DNA from: Folioceros fuciformis
Lineage: Eukaryota
DNA: 20,000 bases
Assembly: GCA_049999805.1 (NCBI GenBank)
Contig: JBNGIO010005800.1
Location: 50,031-70,030, forward strand
Direction of reading: 5' to 3'
This document shows, in pieces, positions 1 to 10,217 of the stretch; within the stretch, counting starts at the first letter, position 1; each line of letters begins with the position of its first letter. The notes under the pieces were generated by a model. It searched no databases. It saw nothing but the letters and a program-made list of their open reading frames with translations, and was not told the origin of the DNA. The translations under genes were made by a program, and so were the position numbers.

Positions 1-2475
1 ATCAGGCCACACACGCGTATGCTGCCTCGCCTCCCTCCAGCAAGATGCGCGTCACGCGAGCACCGCGACACGGGCGCCGGACGCCGGCCGCTCCCAACCG
101 TAGCGGCTGAGACGCACAGCCAGTCGGTGCAAGAAGCTTCGCTCCGCTGGCCTCCGCTGGCGCGCTGCTGCCTGCTGCAAGAGAGCGGGATGGCCACAAC
201 AAGGGGCGGAGTGTGAATGAACGCCCGCAGGAAGGAGCGAGGGGTTAGGGCGGGAGGGAGGGGCTGCCCGGGCGCTTGGCTACAAGATGGCTTCCACTGT
301 GCGCGACGGAACCAGGGAAAGCAAGCACGCATGCCCACCCCAGGCGGGAAAGAGGGCAAAGCACAAGGAAGGCGAGTACTGACCTGAGTCGGCCGGCGCG
401 ATGGGAACAGAATGTGACTCGCCACCCTCCGCAGCCGTGGCGTGCGCCCACGTCCAGGTGCTACACAACCTAAAGAAACAAGGACACTGGCCTTAATTTT
501 GCGTCACGTTTCGTCCCTTTCTAAATTGAGCCCCGGCCACCCAGTTGGGCCTCCATCCCAGGCAATATGTTCCGCCTCTACCGTCCCCGATCGACGCTTC
601 TAGTGACTTCTTACCACAGTCCCCAAAAGTGGTCCACCCGCTACGTAAAAAATCGCCAGGATAAAGCCTACCCTTCTGAACCCTACTTTTATCTTTACTA
701 TATACAACTGAGGACTCGGTAACCACAAACCCTACACCCCTGCCTTTTCTCGGATACAACCACGGCAGACCTCGCCAAATAACCCTTACGTTGGGGGCTT
801 AACCTAATTTGTTTATTTTAGATATTTTTGAATTTGAAAATCATATGTAGACTACATATTTTAGTGCTATATTCATCTTACCATTAGATCAGCAAATAGA
901 CGTTTAGACGATTATTTTTGTTTTCTCTAACTCTAGGTATGGGTATACTAGGTGCAACGGACCAAATAATGGAGTTGGAAGAGAGAGGGTTATAAATAAC
1001 CCACCCCTACATAGAGAGAAAAGCTAACGAAGGGACTAGTAGGACAATTTCAAGGGGTGTAGAAAGAGAGGGCAGAGAGAACAAGCTCACACTACAAAGG
1101 CCGGCATAATGGGGAGTAACAAGCTAGGAGCAAACAGAATCAAGCACTCATGAAGCAAAAGGAAAGATTATATCACAGTAAGGTGAAATTTGGACATAGT
1201 TGTGAGACTAAGCACGATGAGCAATCATGCAAGGGACAGTGGTGCAAGTGCAAAGGGGATGCATGCTAGCGAAGTAGCGAGCCGTGACTCAGGGTAAATA
1301 AACCATGGAGGTTGACTTGCTAACTATTTCCGTGGTTGCCATATTTCGCAAGAGTGGGTTTTAAGCATCGCTCACAGTATTGCAAGCAAAGTTTGAACGG
1401 CCTGGACCTCTAAGAACAACCGGGTTTGGTAGGGTAGCACTCAGACAAGGGGTCGACGATAGGCAAGAGTGGAATGGCTCAAGAGGAGCAATTGTACATT
1501 CACTTGTTTTAGAGGGCAACTAAACTATCGACACCTTATTGAGTCTCGAACCAAGGGGTAATGACCTATGTAACTAGAATCAATTTATGGCTGTTATTGG
1601 TCCTATGCTCATCTTGATTTGGTGAAAAAGTGCTACATTAAGCTACAACAGAGGGAGGAGGATCTCGCTGCCCTCTCAAAAAGGAATCATAGCATTGGCC
1701 CTCAATGTTTGACCATTCATAACATTTGTCAAGTTTATGGAAGAGTAGTAGTATTAGTATTATGAATAAGACGACGAATGGAAAAAGGGTCCCTAATTCG
1801 ACACCCCTGTGGCATCTTGAGCTTAATGATAGGAAGAGGCCAAGCCAAGATTGAGGATGGCTGCCTTGGTGGTTTTTTACCAAGATTGTATTGGGGATGC
1901 TTAGTTATCAACGTGTATCTTACTTTGGCAATGCTTTTCTTGACTTCCTTTGGGCCATCACACAAGTAGAGCACGTTGTTTTGGGGATTGATCATGTATA
2001 AAGCACATATTTATCACTAAGAGAAGCTTCCCAAAGCTAATCTTGTGGAAAAAAGTCGTGTTTAACATTGCCTCCTCACTAGGTATTTGATGCACCTCTT
2101 TAGTATGAAAGGCTTGTTGACAAAGGAGGAGATGAACAAGTGGGGAAGGTTGTGAGTACCGGAACTCCCCTTGAAATAATCGAACGACAGGGACTTGGTA
2201 GTTTTTTTGTGCTTTGGTCAACAGAGTAACTGAATACAGTCTTGGCGGCCTCTTTTATACCCAAGAGCCTCCTTGGCCCATAGCAATTTCACTCTTCGGT
2301 GTGGTTTTGGCTACTAATAACAGATCCTTGGTCGCCCAAAGTTCCTTGGACATTGGCAATAGTATCCTTAAGTTGTTTTTTTTTTTTTGCAATAGTGAGT
2401 CTTTGGCTCATGGCCCACGAGGCAGGCCGGGACAGGGGTTCCTTAGCTCTTAGTGGTTTGGAATACCCAAGACCC

Positions 2476-2482
2476 TATATAA
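2476..2482 (+). promoter_or_regulatory. Candidate TATA box in LTR A, upstream of the LTR-internal ORF
   Basis: CCC-TATATAA-GG; positionally equivalent to TATAAAA at 10205 in LTR D. Confidence 0.55.
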
Positions 2483-2917
2483 GGAGGCAAGGTATTCCAC
2501 CACGGTCGCTCGTTCAGGTGGGGTGGTGGTTCGCGCCCCTACGATGGCTAAGTTAGGAGGGTGCTGAAGGCGGACTTGAGACAAACAGGGAGTGAAGGAA
2601 AACTTCTAGTCACGGAGCACAACTGGGAGAAAGCATTGACAAGCCATCACAGCCACGAGCAATCTCTGCGGTAATCAGAAGTCAAGGAAGGGAAGGGGGA
2701 CACAGACCACGAGGACGGACGGTGACAGCAAGGCGGCGCAGTCATCCGGGTTGGGGTAAGCCCTGGAGAAGCACCGGATTGGAGAAATAAGCGGGAAGTG
2801 CAACAGCGACCTGGAGAGAGCGCGCAGCACCTGAGAAGGAGGCAGGTGTTTGAGGGAACCGGGACTAGAGTGGAGTGGAGGATGGCGACTTAACCAGAGC
2901 CAGCGATTTCCACTGTG

Positions 2918-5111
2918 CAGTGGCCCAATATAGACCATTGGAAAATAAGAGATAGTGGTCTTGTGCAAGAGCTGGGTCTGAGGTTCATGTAGAAGAAGTG
3001 GTGCTATGATAGTCTCACTTTCGTGCTAGAGTATGCTAGCTACTTGAAGAACAATGTACAGGGAGGGTCGTTGAGGTAGAGGCCACAGGATTGGAGTTCG
3101 GAGCTCTTCTGGGCAATTTACTAAATGGGGGAGGCTGAAGAGGGGGGCTTGGTGATGGATCTCCATAGGAAAAAGACCTTAAGGGAAGCAGCAGTAGCAC
3201 TCACGAAGCCCGAGGAGGTGAGGGTTAACAATGGTTGGGTGGTCAGGCAGTTGGTCTCAGAGCAACTGGTTGGGCTAGCTAAGTGGATCTTGTGCTTTCT
3301 CCAGAGCAAAAAGCTGGATCATATGGCGGATCACTTCTTGGGTTTTCTCCATGAGGTAGTTCGAGGTGCACAGGTGGACTGGGGTAGGATTATTTCCGAG
3401 CGAGCTTGTGAGGAAAGAATAAATTTGTTGGTTGCCTGCCCGCGCCCCTCCCTCATATCACCTTTTCTGATCCACATTTTTATGTACTCCAAGTGTTTAA
3501 CCAAGCTAGAAATCGTGTTCTCCCTTCATAGCTAGAAAGTAGTCAGGGAAGTTAAGGTGGAAGAGGAAGATCCAAAGGAAGCCTTAGGGGAAGACTCCAG
3601 CAGCTAGGAGCTAGGAGCCTGAATCTCCTAAAGACTCTGAGGGGGAAGCCACGAAAGTCTGAAAGAGGAAGAGCCGGGCAACAAAGCGAGGTGTGGCTAA
3701 GAACGGGAAGACCCTAACAAGCGAATAGGAGGCAATGACCCCGACTCGTATCACCAGATCTAGGGCTATCACATAATCGCGAGAGGAACCGGAAAAGTGG
3801 AAAAGATAGACCACCCCTACCATGGCACTGAAAAACGATGGGCTGGGAATTAATGAGACTATAGTTAGAGTAGGAGGGTAAGTGCCGGCGACGGAGGGTT
3901 CCGAGGAGTGGGAGGCCATCTTCGGGGACACTCCCCTGAACCGACTAACAAGGGTGGGAGCAAAGGGTCTAGCCCGAGCAAAAGAGTGGCTCTAGAGAAG
4001 GATGATGATAGGAGCAACCCAAATTGGCGATTTGCAAGGACTGACCTTAGACATGGCCCAGACCCAGACGGATCTGCTCAACTAGGCCCCCGTGCGGCTC
4101 ACATGGCTCAACATGCACGGGCAGCATGAGAAGGTGCTGAAGGAAAAGCTGGAAGAGGTCGAAGGAAGAAATAACATAGCGGAGGACCGAAGGAGGGCGA
4201 GTGACGAGTTGCTGGGCAAAGCACAAGAAAAATTGAGGGAACTAACGAATCAACACGAAGCCCTGGTGAATCAGGTGAAAACAACCATGCCACAATTGAA
4301 AAACTTCAAAACAAAATCTTCCAAACTCAAGAGCTAGTGGCGAAACTGGAGAAATTCAAAAGGTTAGCTGAGAGGTACAAGCGGGAACGGGATGAGGCAA
4401 GAGCCAAGGTTAAGAGTGAGGTAGGGAGATCAAAGAAGGGGAAAGGTTCCGCTACCGCAGTGGCCGAAGCCGCAACCATGGTGAAATCGACCATGATTGT
4501 GGAACCCGCAACTAAAGTGGCTGAACCAGCAACCGTGGCAGAAGGAGGGACAAGGGGTAGTGGAACCAACTACCAACAAACCTATGGCAGAGGAGCATGC
4601 AACACCCTTGGAATGTAGGAGGAAGCCACCCTAGGACTATCAGCGAGAGGATTGGGTAAGGACCTCTTCGGTAGAGGGCCACATTGTGCTATCACGTAGG
4701 GATGAAGAGACCTATGTCCCTAGCTTCCAATTGCATTATGAGCAGGTGCTCACTCTAAATGTGTATATGGTGGTTGGAACAGGAGGGGGCAGGAACTACT
4801 GGCTGCATCTTTAAACAGCCACGGGCTGTTACCAATCGTTCTTGCGAATAGGTGCTGGAGTGTGCCCCTGACACGTAAGATTGCAGGAGATGATAGAAGA
4901 GGAACTGCAGGTTTGGGTGGAAGACCACACGGTAAGGTTGTCCAATGATGAAGAAACAAGGGGGAGCCCATTGAGAGAGAAATGGGCTATGGACAGTGGA
5001 AGCGAAGTGGAGGTATTATGGAAAGATCTCCCGGATCAGCAACGGGATAGAAGGGCCAGGGGGATTCCAACAGAGCGGAGGCCAAGGCAGCCAGAGCGGA
5101 GACGAGCATGA
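2918..5111 (+). pseudogene. Degenerate LTR-internal accessory ORF of A (Athila ORF1/plant transposon protein-like domain + coiled coil)
   Basis: Read through stops and frameshifts: QWPNIDHWKIR..GLRFM*KKW..RPQDWSSEL..EEGGLV..NGWVVR..LVGLAKW..HEVVRGAQVDWGRII..PSLISPFLIH..EWEAIF..DLQGLT..LTWL..LAERYKRERDEAR..EEELQVWVE..SEVEVL. Every block aligns in order with the ORF at 10355-12786. Confidence 0.8.
4460..4543 (+). repeat. Degenerate 18-21-bp coding minisatellite (VAEPAT-like units)
   Basis: Translation VAEAAT-MVKSTM-IVEPATK-VAEPAT-VAE. Confidence 0.6.
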
Positions 5112-5889
5112 TAGTCTATGAAGCACTAGGTCAGATTTTTGTTATAGGATAATCAACTCATGAATTCTGAACCAAGTAGTGTTAACCGTAGAAGAGTCTC
5201 TTTTGATACACAATTTTAGATGTGAGCTTTCTTGTGCTGAATTTGTGCACTGTGGGTTGGAGACATCCGATCGATGGTGACCTGATTCGGCATGTTGTCC
5301 TCTCGTGACAAGAGGACTTGGAAGATCCCTGGGTGGTCGAGAGCTATGTGACCTAGCTCCGCGATTGGGGTGGCTAGTGGAAAGGGGTGCTCTAGACCTA
5401 TGAGGAAGAGAAATTGCTGCAGAAGGTTAGGGTGGGAACGTGAGTTTCACGAAACCACTAGAAAGCCGAGAGGGAGCATGAGTTTTGCGAAACTCTTGTG
5501 AGCCGTACGGCTATGACTTTTTCCTTCCTCACTTCGCTGCCTAACCAGGCCGTGTTCAATCTTTGTGAGGGGTCTATGTGGCCCAAGCAGGACAATTGAG
5601 TGGAGATTTGGTGTGTGAGAAGTGTGTGTGGTTGAAATTGAGAAGTGTTGAGGAAGAGTGCTAATAGATTGAGTGGAGGAATCAGTGAGAATCAGTGATA
5701 TAGTGTAGCGCCGAGGTGTGGTTGGCTTTAATCTGCATCTACCAGTGTGATATGGTTGTAGAATAATGTGAGCAGGGCTTGGTGTGCATGAGAATTAGTC
5801 CGCACACGCAATAGCCCCTTCACAGACATCGCCAGAAACCCCACATCATCCAAGCGCCGCGACACCGGTGCGCCAAAAGGGTGGGTCCC

Positions 5890-5981
5890 ACCACGATGAT
5901 CAAATCCACTACTATGGTGGCGAAACTCACTATGGTGGTGAAGCCAGGACGACGATTGTGAACTTAGCCACGATGGTGGAG
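5890..5981 (+). repeat. Degenerate ~18-bp tandem units near the 3' end of LTR A
   Basis: ACTATGGTGGCGAAACTC (5911-5928) and ACTATGGTGGTGAAGCCA (5929-5946), plus related CCACGATG units. Confidence 0.6.
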
Positions 5982-6137
5982 TACGTCCGAGTAGGAACTC
6001 ACAGTAGAGAGTCTAGAAGTCATAGATTTAGAACAACTTGACACGAACCATTCCCTTGGGATCGAATCCTAGCACTATAACGATATAGAGGGTGAATGTG
6101 GGCCTCATTGTGTCCCTAGATACAAAATATCACATTT

Positions 6138-6155
6138 TGGTGCCGTTGCTGGGGA
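6138..6155 (+). promoter_or_regulatory. Primer-binding site of A (tRNA-Asp type, Athila-like)
   Basis: TGGTGCCGTTGCTGGGGA, 3 nt after the LTR-terminal CA; differs from the Athila-type TGGCGCCGTTGCCGGGGA by two C>T changes. Confidence 0.85.
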
Positions 6156-6234
6156 ATGACCTGCTGTCAAGGTTTTAGATGGGACTAACCTTACCTTGTA
6201 TGTTCATGCTTGAGTGTGTCAGATTGGTAGATGG

Positions 6235-6555
6235 ATGCCACAAGTTGAGTTAGAGGATTCTGAGTCAAGTCGTGAAGAGCAGCCCCAAGTGACGCGACAA
6301 CGCTAGGCAAAGGAAAGGTTGTGAAGGGCTGCAAATTGAGAGCTCAGGAGGGCTCAGTTGGAAGACGCACTTTCTGGAAGGGAAAGGGGGGTAAGGAATA
6401 GATCGAGATTTGGGGGTCCAATCTTGTTGGAGCAAGATCCTCAATCTCTTGTTTTGGACGAGGTACCATGGCCAAGGAACCTTGGTCCAACCTTGTCTTC
6501 TAACCCTTCTCTTAGAGGTGTGCGAGCTGCTGCAACCCAGCCAACTTTTGCAAAC
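6235..6555 (+). pseudogene. gag: gag of A, N-terminal segment
   Basis: ATG 6235 is in frame with ORF 6358 through three stops (TAG, TGA, TGA). It joins 7134 in frame (..TFAN|VAVTTKQPYP) if 6556-7133 is removed. Confidence 0.55.
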
Positions 6556-7128
6556 GACGTTGCTGAGACAGACACGGTAGTGTCGTGCTGTGCCGCTAAA
6601 CATCGAACTCATGCATAATTCATAAGTTAACAATACTCACACCACACAACATTACACACAAATTAAACACTGCATGATGGTGCTGCAGCTCTATGTAAGA
6701 GTGAAGCGTTTACTTCCTTCAGTCACCACAAAATCTCCTCCACTTGCATCCATACTTCTCAAAGCTGTAACTTGGGCTTCTTAAATCCTCAATTGGGTCA
6801 CATAATCTTCCACACTGCGCAGACGCACACCTCAATCGGATTTCCAATAGGAGAATGCTCCCTCAAGAGAAAGTCTATTCTCAGAAAGCAAGAGAATACA
6901 AGCTTACAGTTGCAGCGGACACCATTGAGCTAGGCTTTTATGCCTGCTACTTGAGACTTGCTGTAGCCACATCCACACCTCTAGTTGTGTGTCTATCTAG
7001 TTGACTTTATATTATATTATAGTTTTCTAATCATGCTCACTAAATAGTTATTAATTATCACTAATAGCATTCATTATTATCACTTAATTATTAAATAATT
7101 ATTATTTGCATGCATCTAAGCGACAACA
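6556..7128 (-). mobile_element. Element E: probable solo LTR (~570 bp) inserted in gag of A
   Basis: The minus strand starts TGTTG, then an AT-rich U3-like tract and CATAAAAG. Flanks CAAAC (6551-6555) and CACAC (7129-7133) form a 4/5 TSD, and excision restores the gag frame. The left terminus lacks a clean TG. Confidence 0.5.
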
Positions 7129-7133
7129 CACAC

Positions 7134-7806
7134 GTGGCTGTCACCACCAAGCAACCTTATCCATTATATGGAGAGAAGAAGGGGTATGAGAATCCTGATG
7201 AGTTTGTTGAGCGTTTTGAGCAGCTAACAATTGCAAATCAGGAGGTGGGGGATGCTAAGTGCATTCATTTATTCCATGGAGTTCTTCGAGGAGGGCCAGC
7301 TAAGTGGTATAGACACGAGTACTTCAAGATGGTAACACCCCCGATCACCTTTGAAGCCTTGAAGGACGCTTTTTGTGAAAGATTTAGGGAGATCGATGTG
7401 GAGGGCTGTGTTTTGTCCAAGTTGGAGCAGATGCGTAGGAAAAGGAAGGAAACCTTGCAAGCATATGTTGAGAGGTTTCACAACTTGCGTGATCGCAGTG
7501 GTCCTCATTCAAAACTATAGGCCATACGGTGGTTCGCTAGGGAACTAGGTACAAAAATGGGGAGACATGTGAGGCTGCAAGTGGAGAAGAGTTTGGATCG
7601 AGCAATTAGTGTAGCACTGAATTATGAAGAATCCAACTTGCAAGAGATAAAGAGAACGAGGAGGGAGGAGAAGAAAACCAAGAGGGATGGGAGGAAGCCC
7701 GCAAAAGGGAAAATGAAGAGGAATTTCTCCTCCTCCTCGGAAGGGAGCTCCACAAAAGGGAAGAACTCTTCAAAAGGTACTTTAGAGGATTCCATGGAGG
7801 AAGAAA
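7134..7806 (+). pseudogene. gag: gag of A, capsid (Retrotrans_gag-like) segment
   Basis: NPDEFVERFE..LFHGVLRGGPAKWY..TFEALKDAFCERF..LEQMRRKRKETLQAYVERF; in-frame TAG at 7518-7520; cut by element B at 7807. Confidence 0.85.
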
Positions 7807-8066
7807 TGTTACGGAATGGATAATCTACCCGTAACCCTACTGACCAGCTAGTTACCGTAGACCGTAATTAATAGTGTTTAATAATTACGAACGGGTGTGC
7901 CTCTTCAGAAGAGACACCTAGTGACATTATTTAAGACACACTTTGTAAACACCTTCCGTAGATTAACACAAAATATCTTTCTAAGCATTGCGTCTTGATC
8001 ATGCTAGACTAGATGCAATCCTAATCATGCTAGATTGGATGCAATCCTACTACTAGGATTTTCACA
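7807..8066 (+). repeat. 5' LTR of B (260 bp)
   Basis: TGTTACGG...TTTTCACA. Manual alignment to 17106-17337 gives about 16 substitutions, a 2-bp indel and a 26-bp tandem duplication (7998-8023/8024-8049). Confidence 0.95.
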
Positions 8067-8078
8067 TGGTATCAGAGC
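8067..8078 (+). promoter_or_regulatory. Primer-binding site of B (initiator tRNA-Met)
   Basis: TGGTATCAGAGC immediately after the LTR. Confidence 0.95.
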
Positions 8079-9051
8079 TTCGGCTTACATGGTCTTCTGA
8101 TCATGGCTAGAAACATGTTGTTGAGGTTGCGCAAGCGATATCCAAAGTTTTGAGAACCTTACCCGCTTGCTGATAAACCCTCTCGACGAGCTTTTCCGAC
8201 ACTGCAAAAGAAATCATGCATTAGATCATGATAGTCCTTTTTTCGTTCAAACTACAAAAAGAATCTTGCAGATGCTAGTCGAGACCTATCGATCTAGAAT
8301 AGGGAAAATGTAAGCCAAAAGAAGGTTGTCTCTCCTAGAATGTCTAGGAAACATAGTGCCTAGGCTTAGAAAATCCTCTCAAAATTTTCTCTATAAAAAT
8401 AAGGCAACATGGTAGTTCCCCCATTCGGGTAATGATCCAGGGCAAGGGCGCTTAATCCCGAATTTTGGGTGGAAGCCTAGCTAACCCCTCCCATTTTCTC
8501 AGCTTGCCTAAGGTTTGCAAGCCTGAAAATATGAGCAAAAAGAAAGTCTAAATGAACGTAAAAAACAACAACGGGAGAGGCGCGGCGCCTTGTTAGCTGG
8601 GTCTCCATTCTAGTTCTTCAACTATGAGATGTGACAAAATAACTTCTGTCACCTGTGCTCATCAAGAAATATCCGGAACATAGACCCCCACCTTGTGGCT
8701 TTCCACAAAAATTGATGGGTAATAGTTCAAGTACTTCAACCACTGGTCGTGAAGACTTGAGTTTTGAACATGGCTTGGTGTCTCATGATAGACAGCTGAC
8801 AAGCATCATTAGCATCCAGGAGCAATATTGCAGGAAAGGTTGTTAGGACCCACATGCAAGGACTCCTCTATGGTCAAAAAGAGTGTAACAGAGGGCACTC
8901 TGTTACTATAGCTGACAAACCATGACACAAACTGTCCTCATAAAATGCTGGAATGAGGTAAAGTGTCATATCAAGTATATAACCTAATTCCTTGAGAAGG
9001 TGTGTGACTTCAGATGTTACTGTCAAGCTCACCGTACCCATGCCCTACAAA

Positions 9052-9240
9052 TAAGAGACCTTGCATCTCCTAAGTGAATTTCATGCCCTTGACTATCAGG
9101 TACATGTCACAAAAAGGCTAAGAGACCTTGCGCCTCTTAGGCTGTAATACATGTTCTCAATTGACCTATATGTCACAATTGAGCTAAGAGACCTTGCGTC
9201 CCCTAAGCAATAATACACATCCTTAATTGACTTGTATGTG
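9052..9240. repeat. Three diverged ~66-bp tandem units
   Basis: TAAGAGACCTTGC at 9052, 9119 and 9185 (periods 67, 66); the rest of each unit is also alignable (TAATAC..AATTGAC..ATGTCACAA). Confidence 0.8.
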
Positions 9241-9518
9241 AGAAATGTCTTCCAATCCAAACATATACGAGCACTAGCTGCTGTATGAAAAACACCACAC
9301 TGCATGTGGTTTAACTTATGCTTTGGTGGACAGACACGTAGGTAGCAGAGGAAGATGAGACGCGCTAAAGCCTGGTTAGTACACAGTGAGCCCAACTCTT
9401 CTTGACTACCACGTGAGAGAGATCAACAAAGGTGCTCTTATTGCGAGAATCAGATTATTGCTTCTTTCTTCAATCACGTTCCAAGAGTGCGGGTATAAAA
9501 AACACCTAACTCGGAGTA

Positions 9519-9580
9519 TGTTTATACACTGTTGTATAAATTTCTCCTTACTGTTTATACTCTGTTGTATAAACTTCTCA
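9519..9580. repeat. 33-bp tandem duplication
   Basis: TGTTTATACACTGTTGTATAAATTTCTC at 9519 and TGTTTATACTCTGTTGTATAAACTTCTC at 9552. Confidence 0.85.
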
Positions 9581-10204
9581 TGTAGGAAAGACCTCCATGA
9601 GAGCATCCTTCCGGAAAGTAATATGGTAATTTGGCTTTGCGCCTTCACCATTAGAGAAGTGCCAAACCCTGATGTTTGACAGAACGTCTGTGTAGGTACC
9701 TACTTATGTCGACTTTCGGCAGGACTTCCACTAGATCGCCAATTCCTGCAATTAGTAGATCTGCTAGCATTGTGTCTTGGGCTTGAGCAAATGTGTTAGA
9801 TGTAAAATATGTAACCAACTTGCTGGTGGAGAATGACATTTCTACTGAGAACCAGGTGCATTGGTGTGAACGAAAAAAACTTTCGGAACCCCCATTTTGA
9901 GCGACGGAATGAGCAGGTTGTGATTCTTTTGTGAAGGGACAGGCGAATCGGCTAAGTAAGCGAGTAAGACCGGGGTGTTTACCCCCAAAGTCCACCTTGG
10001 GCTTCGGGGTTTGGGGAGTACGGGAGATCGGGACAAGGAGGGGGAAGCAGCGAGTGCCTCCTTGGCCCTCGGGTCATTGAGAACATTAAGGTAGGCAAAA
10101 GTAAGGGCCCGAGGTGACGGGGCAACGGTAGCCGGCAGGGCAACTGTTACCGGAGGAACGACTCGAGCTAGCCCGACGGGCGTAAGGGGAGAAAGCAGGC
10201 AGGG

Positions 10205-10217
10205 TATAAAAACCCTA
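10205..10217 (+). promoter_or_regulatory. Candidate TATA box overlapping a telo-box-like AAACCCTA in LTR D
   Basis: TATAAAAACCCTA, 150 bp upstream of ATG 10355. Confidence 0.55.

Larger units (their letters stand above)
2044..6134 (+). repeat. Giant (~4.1 kb) 5' LTR of element A
   Basis: The 3' end is fixed by CACA plus the PBS. It is colinear with TSD-flanked solo LTR D (same ORF; identical 21-mer CATTCCCTTGGGATCGAATCC at 6049-6069 and 14032-14052). The 5' start TGTGGAAAAAAG at 2044 was chosen by resemblance to the D start TGTGAACGAAAAAAA and is uncertain (+/-200 bp). Confidence 0.7.

Noticed and set aside
1-800. Short overlapping ORFs in the GC-rich start of the window
   Set aside because: No recognisable motifs and ORFs on both strands, as expected from GC content. 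Probably LTR-type non-coding repeat DNA, but its boundaries are not supportable.
843-859. Palindrome ATATGTAG-A-CTACATAT, and a possible TGTAG..CTACA LTR (846 to ~1646) with TATAAATA at 991
   Set aside because: No matching TSD, PBS or second copy; a short AT-rich palindrome can arise by chance.
8116-8409. TGTTG...CAACA followed by TGGTA, resembling another small LTR plus PBS
   Set aside because: No TSD, the PBS match stops after 5 nt, and there is no second copy.
8610-8715. Plus-strand FNYEM*QNNF..SRNI as the missing N-terminus of B gag
   Set aside because: Too short, needs stop read-through and a frameshift, and overlaps equally weak minus-strand RNase H-like traces.
9052-9240. CRISPR-like repeat-spacer pattern
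   Set aside because: The 'spacers' are homologous to each other, the repeat is only 13 bp, there are no cas genes and the context is eukaryotic.
9870-9930. Minus-strand PAHSVAQNGGSE resembling the Copia integrase PQQNGVAER motif
   Set aside because: It lies inside the TSD-defined 5' end of solo LTR D, so it is most likely a chance match.
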